A stretch of 64,000 bases of DNA, taken from positions 77,324 through 141,323 of IMG/VR virus record IMGVR_UViG_3300022924_000016, one strand, 5' to 3'. Made by a program: the position numbers and the translations under genes. This stretch comes from a virus. This document shows positions 11,501-20,000 of this stretch, piece by piece. The notes under the pieces are model-generated. The model had not been told where the DNA came from. It did no database searches and saw only the letters and a list, made by a program, of their open reading frames with translations. The number at the start of each line of letters is the position of its first letter. The stretch's first letter is position 1.

Positions 11501-13746
11501 CAACACAAGCGGAAGTAGCAGAATACCAAAATCTATTAAGAGGAGAAACGGGGGAAAAAGCACAACTTTATCAAAAACTTGACAATTTATATGAAACACT
11601 TTTATCCAATGGGAACAGTGAATCAGAAGCAGAAAGACTAGCTTTAGAATCGCTAACAGAGCAAGAAAGAAATCTTTTAAGACAGAGAAGTCCGAAAAGA
11701 AGAGAAGTGGAAAACTCTTCTGAATTAATAGTAGGCCAAAGGGTAAGCACTCTGACCGACCAAGGAACGGTTACTTCAATTGATGGAGAATTGGTAACTA
11801 TTGACTTAGACCAAAAAGGAACATTGACCGCAAACCCAAGACTTGTAGAAATTTTTACCGAGCCTTCAGTAGTAAACGTAGATAGATTAGAGCTGTTAAG
11901 GGAAAAATTATCAAATTGGAAAGTTTTAGACAGTTTCATAAATGAGGAAGGACTAACAATGGCTGACCTTGCAGAATTGATTCAACAGCAACAGCAGAAC
12001 ATTTCAGAGCAAGAAACCATAACTGAAATCACAGAAGATGATTCTTATGCTATGACTCAAGAATCTCAAGCAGGAGAAAAACTTGATGATTATACTCTGG
12101 CACAAAATGTCACAGGAAATGCCACAATAAAGAGAAATAAAGACGGCTCTGTGACTTTGCATCACATATCAGCACAATCTCTGGTAAATATCATAGGGGA
12201 GCCTTTCCAAGCTACAAGAAAAGGCAAGCCTATTGATATATCGGAAATCGCAATAGGCGATATAGTTACGACAGAAAGTGGATTAATGTTTTCAGTAGAG
12301 TCAGGAAACATCTTGAAAACGAGGAGTGAAGCATTTGATAACATCCCTCTTTTAGTAGTAAGAAGTGCCTCTACAAGCTGGACTTATGCAGATTTATACT
12401 ATTTTAACGGTTCGGAGTATGTAAAGAAACCTTCAGACTTTTTTGAAGATATCCAAGCAGATGAGATTTATAATCTTGAACAAGGCGCGCCTATAAGATT
12501 TGAAATTGACAGGCAGGACAGTTACACAAAACAGCTTTTAGATAAATACAAAAAATCACCCACGGAAGAAAATCGAAAAGCTTTAACAGACGGTATTAAA
12601 ATTTATTTAGTTTCAAAGGGTAGAAGAATTTCAACTTTAAAAGGAGAAAGAGGCGCATCACCTGATAATTTCAAGCTTTTAAGAGAAAAGGCTTTTGAAT
12701 TAGCTATACAGGACAGCTATGAAGCAGACCTCCAAGCAACTTCAACAGTTTCGGCAGTATTTTTAGGGAGCCCTCAATTTTTCATTTCAGAAGACGGGCA
12801 GTTAGAATCAAGACCATTCACAGAAACTTCATTAGATAAAGTTTTGACTAAAGGGTATATTTTAAATGGTGAAGTCGTAACATCAGAAGACCTACCACAA
12901 GTAAATACTTCCTACGTATCTAAGATTTCAAGAAAATACCCTCAAAGAAAAATGCCCTTGGTGGTTGTAAAAAGAGGTGAAAATTACGTAGCTTTGCCAA
13001 TATTTTTGAATAAATCACCTTTAGGGCAAAGAGGATTAGACATGGTGGAGAATGCCATAGAAACAGCCACGAGTCCAATAGAAGTTGCAAAGAACTTGAA
13101 TGCACTGATTAACCAAGAAGGTATCAGAACTGAAAAGGTACTACCGCAAGAAGTTACAGATGAAAATCTTGAAAGAATCAGAACAGCTTTTCAAGAACAT
13201 TTAATTTTCACAACAGCAGATGAAATAGCTTCACAAGATTATAACAAATCTAATCTTTTAGTGGATGCTCAGATGTATATTGACGCAGATAATCTAGAAC
13301 AGGTAATCAATGCTCCAAAAGTAAGAATAGATATTCAAAATATGCTTTTCAATCAAGAAGCAACCTTTGATACATCTGATGTCAAAACTTCGGTGGAAAA
13401 TGAATTAGATACTTTAGCAAAAGACCTTTATAACGATTTCATAAGAAATGCTTCCGCAACTTACGTAAATTCCAAAGGAGATATCATAGAAAATTCCTAT
13501 ACGGATGCCTTTGACGAAGAAAGTATGATGGAAGGGAGTTCACACCTTGATAAACTTCACAACATACGAATTTTAAGAGAAGCTTTCAAAGTGGATTTCT
13601 CTAAAAATAAGATTTTGAGGGATGCTGTAGGAAACGACAAGATTGAAAGAATAAAAATTCTTTTCGGTATTTTAGATAACATCAACAAACAAGTAAAGCC
13701 TAAAGAAGATATTCTGAAATCGGGCAATAACAACACTAAATGTTAA
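8494..13746 (+). CDS. Giant ejection protein with N-terminal Gly/Ala-rich hydrophobic segments; ends in Cys
   Basis: 1750 aa; AVIGGTAGVVYGAGAGIA and VLGGLSFTAGAIVS hydrophobic stretches; coiled coils; C-terminus ...NNTKC. Confidence 0.55.
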   Translation: MADNNLNALIDNKTISPELQAVEQDIRTRASTPQIDPSKTNGIISNIKTDNDYFYKAPINSPQKIALESKNYNINDAYAQLNDGTYIAKYDTYKEGANNNEIHAQNQGTGEKWLNGLAKFGGKTLNAVIGGTAGVVYGAGAGIADWKFDSVYDNNFSNWLGDLDTKMNYNLPNYYTQQETQKGLGGQLFTSNFWADKVLGGLSFTAGAIVSEGIWAYATGGTSLATTTARWSTRTAGMARIASGTSKFSRLLKNSLTVGEDVARVGTGLVDDSINVGRAVAFGKAGDALNTLRFTMTSAGYEASVEALQYKKEQEENFYRNFQEKNGRQPDQEEITAFQENLSSSANAVFGVNMALVGSSNLVTLGRVFNLKSPVKTGFGEMYNRALYGIGKATPSRLQSINRRILPFVQNAVTEGLYEEGGQSITSATAGKWLEHAYDTNNTKDSFDLAGALYENISHQYGSKEGWVENGVGIIIGLLGEAGTGNTRGGISRQVQEFENRSKLNETYTSKALSEHFLMMNRINGFNKQSEDAQKRGNLTEARIAQDGVIFSLLNNRYQLGDSVSDVGLDIEKALGTVTQDQLTEMGVETDLDTWKQEQSTAFSEVAKSFKKNRQFAEYIIGRNPVAGIQELESVNQLNGITDENGNSRINNQEALIQSLAFTMMGGQRSHTTMKEAVQEMSEILDYEKVKALDTISSLETVTQEKRNQVNIAINRSNSLEEQRGRLVEQLRNIQETTQGDTDTGTKVLRLSDRLAKLTNLIDSNNTELQQLADEVNLNNKTLEQTTGVNLNQGLDIQSISVEDLKNLDSNIKNLGSVMDAIKASNPENSARLEAILEEYKNSRKTFGAYQSTVLAFRDGKVNIDNINTLVGRKVLKKNKNLDSATKEWLSEILGNYSKQAVDALDELTKINNRTTVISNESIVDKRRRGDTLSEEEQTYYNENKTEIDTFMKREPILPVVPLPTAKTKLQYLRERLANLVSRSNNSLTFIGTSTDEFLLEKPTQAEVAEYQNLLRGETGEKAQLYQKLDNLYETLLSNGNSESEAERLALESLTEQERNLLRQRSPKRREVENSSELIVGQRVSTLTDQGTVTSIDGELVTIDLDQKGTLTANPRLVEIFTEPSVVNVDRLELLREKLSNWKVLDSFINEEGLTMADLAELIQQQQQNISEQETITEITEDDSYAMTQESQAGEKLDDYTLAQNVTGNATIKRNKDGSVTLHHISAQSLVNIIGEPFQATRKGKPIDISEIAIGDIVTTESGLMFSVESGNILKTRSEAFDNIPLLVVRSASTSWTYADLYYFNGSEYVKKPSDFFEDIQADEIYNLEQGAPIRFEIDRQDSYTKQLLDKYKKSPTEENRKALTDGIKIYLVSKGRRISTLKGERGASPDNFKLLREKAFELAIQDSYEADLQATSTVSAVFLGSPQFFISEDGQLESRPFTETSLDKVLTKGYILNGEVVTSEDLPQVNTSYVSKISRKYPQRKMPLVVVKRGENYVALPIFLNKSPLGQRGLDMVENAIETATSPIEVAKNLNALINQEGIRTEKVLPQEVTDENLERIRTAFQEHLIFTTADEIASQDYNKSNLLVDAQMYIDADNLEQVINAPKVRIDIQNMLFNQEATFDTSDVKTSVENELDTLAKDLYNDFIRNASATYVNSKGDIIENSYTDAFDEESMMEGSSHLDKLHNIRILREAFKVDFSKNKILRDAVGNDKIERIKILFGILDNINKQVKPKEDILKSGNNNTKC

Positions 13747-13750
13747 TAAA

Positions 13751-16048
13751 TTGAGCTGTAATATAATAAGAGAAAATGGAGAAATAAGAGTAGTGACGGA
13801 TCAAGATACTCCGTCATTGCTTTTCCAGGAGCTAAAAGAAAAATTCACCCAAGAAGAAGCTTTAGAAATCTATAAGGCTTCTAAATCAGAGGCTTTTGAA
13901 ACTGTCAACAGAGCTAAGAATGCTTTATTATACTCAGTGAACCAAACTGATGTAAGACTTTCTAGGCAAATCAATGGAAACTCAATCTCCTATATTCCGA
14001 CAATCAGAGGAAAAAGAATAGGAACTTTGAGGATAAAAGGGGACAGGGTAGATATGATAACTATTTATGACGCTTTCAAAGGCAAAGGATACGGAAAGAG
14101 TCTTTACAAGCAAGTGGCTAAAGATTTATTTCAGAGAGGAGTACAGCTAAAAAGCGATAATGCTTCAAGTCAAGATGATTTGAATGTGTGGGAGTCCCTT
14201 GTGAGAGATAATCTTGCCGAGCAGACACCGGACGGCAGATATCAGTTCCTACTCCAAAACAGCTACCCAAACGGCGAACCCTCAATGCAAAGCGTCTTAG
14301 AATTCCTAAGAAATCAAAACCGCACACAAAGGGAACTTGACACAGAGGAAAGAATAGAACTTAAAAATTTATCTTTAGGATTTCAAGGAGATTTAAAAGC
14401 GGAGATGAACAGGGTATTTTATGACCAAGAAAATTTTTTTACAATAGTCCCGCAAAAAATGCAATCTTTATATTCGCAATATGAAATTGACAGGATTTTG
14501 AAATCACCAAGCCTGCAAAATCAAATAAAAGAAAGTTTAGAAGCATTTCAAAATACGGAATTTGATTTAGTTACAGAACAAGAGGTGCCACAAGAACAGT
14601 TAGTAAAATCAAGCACAATAGGAAAGTTTGGAAAAGCCCTTTATGAGAATCCAAACCGTCTAAAACAAGATTTGATGGAGGAAATTGCTGGCGTAGAGGA
14701 AGACATGTTTGAAGAAAATCCTTTTATAACTTTAGAAGAATCACAAGAATTTGTAAAAGCAAGAGTTTTAGCAGATGTAGACGGAACGATAGTAGAGCCT
14801 AATCTAGGAGACCGTTTAGCGATTTCGGCTACAATCTTAAAGAATCCTTATAAGGCTGTTTCTGCAATTGTCAAAATTACAAATATCTCAGATGAAACTC
14901 TTCTAGAAAATCCACAAGAAACTTATAAAGCTCTGAGCAACATTGAAAACGAAGCCTTGAAAATGGGGATAGATGTCATAGGAATAAAAGACCAAGCAGA
15001 TAATCCAACTCTGAAACCTTTCTTAAATGCTTTAGGGGGTGTTATGGAAAATCCCATAGAAGAAAACTTGGCAACATTTTCTAAACTCTACTCAGAATTC
15101 TTTCCAAGGCAAATCCAAGAAACAAAAGCAATAAGACAGCCTAATGACAGAGATTATATCTACCTAAGAACAGCTTTGAGTGAGGGTGAAGTTTTCAATC
15201 AAATAGGGGCGATAAAAAAAGCGGAAAACGTTTATGTTCAAGTTAATGATAAAACTTTAGAAGAACTCTATGAAATAGCTTCATATTACAACCCAAGCCT
15301 CACACAACAGGAGAACCAAAGACAGGCTCTGAGAATAGAATCGCCCGAAAGAGAAACAGCAGAAAAAATAAATTTATTTAAAACTATTTTAGGTTTCGAG
15401 GGTGTAAATGAGGGAATTAGTGAGGGTATGAACGAAACTGCTTTCACAGGAAACTACGAATACCTTACAAATGATTTCGTGGCAGAATTCAATATAAAAT
15501 CCCTAAGAGAAAAGAAAAAGAATTCTCCAATGTGGCTCAATTTCTATTCAAATTTTGAAATTAATGAGCAAGGTATAAATTTAAAATATACAGACGACTC
15601 AACACTGTCAACAGTAGAAGAGTTAGCTGATGAAAATTTAAGGCAGTACTCTTTGATTTCAAAACAAATGCCGAATCTGAACCAAACTACTTTAGATGAG
15701 AATCCAGATATATCTCAAAAAGAAAGAGATTTTTACGTGAACAATCCACAGATGGCACCTCTGATGCAAAGTCCCACAATAGTAGATTCAGAAACCCTAA
15801 TATCGGATAGTCAAGAAAGGTTCACTAAAAGACAAGATGGAAGTTTATGGGAAAATGTGTTCACTCAAAATGGCAAAAGCTTATTTAAAAGACAAATGGT
15901 AAACAGATCGCAATACAATACCTTTGGAAACCCAAAACCACAATTTAATGAATATGACTTTGACTTGAAAGCAAGCATGTCAGATAATTCAAATGTTAAA
16001 GATTCCCTAAAAGCAAAAAATATATTAAAAGAAAGTTTTGATTGTTAA
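13751..16048 (+). CDS. Ejection protein with GNAT acetyltransferase domain; starts MSC, ends in Cys
   Basis: TTG start; FKGKGYGKSLY acetyl-CoA motif followed by LKSD...VWESL; C-terminus ...ESFDC. Confidence 0.6.
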   Translation: MSCNIIRENGEIRVVTDQDTPSLLFQELKEKFTQEEALEIYKASKSEAFETVNRAKNALLYSVNQTDVRLSRQINGNSISYIPTIRGKRIGTLRIKGDRVDMITIYDAFKGKGYGKSLYKQVAKDLFQRGVQLKSDNASSQDDLNVWESLVRDNLAEQTPDGRYQFLLQNSYPNGEPSMQSVLEFLRNQNRTQRELDTEERIELKNLSLGFQGDLKAEMNRVFYDQENFFTIVPQKMQSLYSQYEIDRILKSPSLQNQIKESLEAFQNTEFDLVTEQEVPQEQLVKSSTIGKFGKALYENPNRLKQDLMEEIAGVEEDMFEENPFITLEESQEFVKARVLADVDGTIVEPNLGDRLAISATILKNPYKAVSAIVKITNISDETLLENPQETYKALSNIENEALKMGIDVIGIKDQADNPTLKPFLNALGGVMENPIEENLATFSKLYSEFFPRQIQETKAIRQPNDRDYIYLRTALSEGEVFNQIGAIKKAENVYVQVNDKTLEELYEIASYYNPSLTQQENQRQALRIESPERETAEKINLFKTILGFEGVNEGISEGMNETAFTGNYEYLTNDFVAEFNIKSLREKKKNSPMWLNFYSNFEINEQGINLKYTDDSTLSTVEELADENLRQYSLISKQMPNLNQTTLDENPDISQKERDFYVNNPQMAPLMQSPTIVDSETLISDSQERFTKRQDGSLWENVFTQNGKSLFKRQMVNRSQYNTFGNPKPQFNEYDFDLKASMSDNSNVKDSLKAKNILKESFDC

Positions 16049-16066
16049 TAAAGTTTACTATATTTG
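16037..16066 (+). promoter_or_regulatory. Bacteroidota sigma-70 promoter for the methyltransferase
   Basis: TTTG 16037-16040 and TATATTTG 16059-16066. Confidence 0.65.
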
Positions 16067-16082
16067 CTGAAAATATAAAAAT

Positions 16083-17003
16083 ATGGATAGAGGAATAAAT
16101 GTTTTTGGAGCTTTTGATGGAATGAGTAATGGTCAAATAGCTTTAGAAAAACAAGGAATTAAAGTAAATAAATATTATGCTTCTGAAATTGAAAAAGAGC
16201 CTATAGTTATAACGCAAAAAAATTATCCAAACACAATTCAATTAGGAAGTATTACCGAAATAGAGAATATTGATTGGCCAGCAAGGAAGATTGATCTATT
16301 TATAGGAGGAAGCCCTTGTCAAAATTTCAGTTTTGCAGGCTCTGCACAAGGATTGAGACAAGATAATATAGAAATTACAAATCTAGAAAAGTATAATAAA
16401 TTAAAACAAGAGAATTTTGTCTTTGAGGGACAATCTTATTTGTTTTGGGAATATGTTAGACTTTTAAAAGAGGTTCAAAAAGTGAATCCTCAAGTAAAGT
16501 TCCTCTTAGAAAATGTCAAGATGGCAAAAAAATGGGAGAATGTAATTACAGAAGCTTTGGGTGTAAAACCAAAAGAAATAAATTCAAAACACTTTTGTGC
16601 CCAAAATCGACCTAGACTATATTGGACTAACATACAAATAGACAGTTTACCAAATAATGGCGATGTTATAAAAGACATACTAGAAAAAGATGCAGATTTT
16701 AATTTCAACTATGCAGGATGGATGCTAAATAAATGGGGTGAAAAAAGAAGATTGGATCAATTCTTTAATGTAGATAATAAAGCTAGTTGTTTAACTGCAA
16801 ACATGGCAAAAGGTCAAAAACCAAGCTACTGTGTAAATGACGAAAAAGCAATACATAAATTTACAGTTAATGAATGCGAAAGGCTCCAAACAGTACCCTT
16901 TGATTACACGAAAGGTGTTTCTAATGGAGCAAGATATAAAATGCTCGGTAACGGTTGGACAGTAGATGTCATAGCCCATATATTTAAAAACTTAAAACAA
17001 TAA
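16083..17003 (+). CDS. dcm: DNA (cytosine-5)-methyltransferase
   Basis: Motif I FDGMS, IV GGSPCQ, VI LENV, VIII QNRPRLYW, ECERLQ, X LGNGW. Confidence 0.93.
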   Translation: MDRGINVFGAFDGMSNGQIALEKQGIKVNKYYASEIEKEPIVITQKNYPNTIQLGSITEIENIDWPARKIDLFIGGSPCQNFSFAGSAQGLRQDNIEITNLEKYNKLKQENFVFEGQSYLFWEYVRLLKEVQKVNPQVKFLLENVKMAKKWENVITEALGVKPKEINSKHFCAQNRPRLYWTNIQIDSLPNNGDVIKDILEKDADFNFNYAGWMLNKWGEKRRLDQFFNVDNKASCLTANMAKGQKPSYCVNDEKAIHKFTVNECERLQTVPFDYTKGVSNGARYKMLGNGWTVDVIAHIFKNLKQ

Positions 17004-17004
17004 A

Positions 17005-20000
17005 ATGGCTTGTGAAATAATTTATAAGAATGGTAGACAAGTTGGAGTAAACGCTCCTGATGGCAGACCTTCTTTAGTTTTCAATCAAATACTCAATATC
17101 CCACATATCCAAGACTTTCAAGAAGCTCTAAAAGGGTATACAAATCTTTTAGCGGATAATAACAATGAAGAATCTCCAATCAGCTTTCAAAACCAAGGTC
17201 AAGAATTTCAAACTTTAAAAGAGGCTCTTAAAAACAGCCAACCAAATTCTGAAATCCAAGTAGTTACAAACGGAAAGTCTTTTATGACAATTGACACTAC
17301 AATAAATCCTCAGACTCGTTCAGGACTTTTAAATTCCCTAATCAAAGAAGACATTCTGACGGGAAATTCTTTTTTAGACGTTGACGGCGCAAAAGTCTTA
17401 GAAGTAACAGGAAACAACGAACAGGAAAAAGCGGTCTACGCCGATGTAGCCAGAACAGTTTCAAAACGATATAAAGGTGCATTTTCAGCCTTAGTTGGAC
17501 AGGATAATAATATTACTTTCAGAGAAAGACAGGAAGTTCCCAAATCAGAAACTTTTACCCAGCTTACTCAAAGATTTGATGAACCAACAGCAGTTTTTAT
17601 CAAGACTTTAGAAGAAATAAGTTTGGAGACTAATGCAAATAATTCTGCTTTAGAAGAGATTCAAATCATTCCTGAGAATCAGCTACAAGAAAAACTATTA
17701 CAGCTACTAAACAAGTTAGGCGTAAAGACTACATCCATTGAAAAGTGGGCGGAAAAATACGCTCAAAAGAATGGTTATGAACCATCGGCAAAAGCTCTAG
17801 CAGATTTGGCAAATAACATCGTAGCCTTTAAAGATGGTATTATCACGCAAGCAGATTTAACAGAGGAAGTGAGTCACTTTATTATTGCAACTTTAGATGA
17901 GGAGCAGATAGCAAACCAAAAAAGAAATGTACATAGAACTAAAGAGTGGGCGGAATTTGCAGAACAATACTTCGAAATCTACTCAGAGACTTTAGAGGGA
18001 GAAGGCTTAGAAGATGCTGTCAGAGAAGAAATTTTAGGAAAGGTTTTAGCTAATTCACTTTTAGATAATTTTGCAAGAGAAGGTGAAACTACTTTGGAAG
18101 GCGGTATTGTTGCAACTTTAAGAAACTTCTTCCAAGACTTCTTTAATAGAGTTTATGACTTCTTTCAGCCAAACTATCAAACCCAACTAGAAACATTCAC
18201 AGAACAAGTTTATAGAGACCTTATGAATGACTCCTTGGACGTAGATGTAAGAAACAAGGAGAACAAGTCTTATACGCTCTATAATTCAGCAGGACGTACA
18301 GCTTTAGCCCAAACTATTCAGAAGTCTTATGAAACACTTTTGAATCAGCAATATGCTCTAAGAAATTCTTCGGCGAATAAAAATACCTTAAACAAATTAA
18401 AGCAGACAATTGCACTTACAGATGAAGCTTCCTTGAAAAATTCAACTCTACAATTAGTAGCAGTTGCAAATTCTCAAGCAAATTCACTTTTGAAATCTTT
18501 AGAAACCGCCGATAAAAATTCAAGACACTTCACGTCAGAAGAAAATGGAGTATTTCAATCAACAGTTTCAAGACTTGCTCCGATGCTAAGACAAATCAGA
18601 GAAAGCATAAATGACAAGGCTATTGCAAAACAGATCGATGATGTCCTGCAAAAGATTTCTACAATTGAAGGAAGAGTTCCCGCAACAAATACAAAGGCAA
18701 GAGATTTGATTGTTGAGAGAGTTATTAGAAAGAACAATATGACTCCTGAACAGGCTAATAAATACCGTGAGTATATAGACAACATTTCAAGAACAGCAGA
18801 AGCAGATACAGGCTGGTTGCATGCCCACTTGGGAGGATTAATCAATTCAAGAGACGGACTTTTAAATTTGGCGGGAGAAATTATAGAGAGAACACAATAT
18901 CAAGAAAGAACAACACATCAAAACCAAACTAAGCCTTTTTTAAACCGTTTAGAAGCTTTAGGACTGACAGAAAGCCAAATTCCCACAACACTAAAAAAGC
19001 TTATCTATAATGGCGGAATAATAAACGAAACAGATCCTCAAAAAGTATTGGAAGTCGATAATACAGAAAAAGCTAGAATTTTGTCTGTAATTTTAAGAGA
19101 GCCTCTAACAAAAGAAACAGTTCAAGAAAAGATTGATTCTATGCAAAGCGAATATGACTCCTTGCAAAGAGAACTCACAGCAAATAAAGAATTAAGCCAA
19201 GAAGATATTGACAAGAAAACGCAAAACAGGGACGAGATATCAGGACAGCTTGCTAACTTGGAAAAAGAGTTTAGAAAGACTTTTACTCAAAGATTCGAGT
19301 CTTATTTTGATCCAAAATACTTAGAGAAACTTCAAAACTTCTCTATTGTGACAAACGGCGTAACAATTGACAGAACTTCTATTCCAGATGATGTCTTACA
19401 GTTGGATAAATTGTATCGTTCTCAAATCGGGGAAATAAAAAAACAAGGAGAACTTACTTCAAGTGAAATCGCGGAAATAAAAAATTTAACAAAACAAAAA
19501 CTCCAAGAGGCAAATCCAAGGTATTCTGATGGAAAATTGAAAAAAGGAGTTTTGGAAGTCTATGATAGAGAGTTAAAAAAGTTTACTTATTTCTTAGATG
19601 CCTCGGAAGACTTATCAGATTTAGATTTTTCAGAAGCTCAAAAAGTCGTAGGATTGCAAAACCTGATGCTTCTAAATTCAGAATTCTATAAAGGCAATTC
19701 AAACTCACAAGGAATCACTCAGAAGTTTTTAGATGAATTAAACAGCTTGAGTACAGAGCAAGAAAAATTTGACTTCTTGAACAATAATGCAACAACAGCT
19801 TTCACTCAAGATTTCTGGGACAATTTCGATCCTAACAACTCTTTGGTGGCAAGACTTTTGGAGGTGGGTTCGCCCGAAGCTTTAGAATTCGCGCAAAACA
19901 TCAGAGAACAGCAGTCAATAATCTCTACAATAATTCGCGGGAATAAAAGTATGTCAAATCCTTCGGAGGTAGACGTATTTGATATGAATGACATAGAAAT

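Noticed and set aside
13741-13760. Stop read-through fusing the giant ORFs
   Set aside because: Tandem TAA stops, and the downstream ORF is in a different frame
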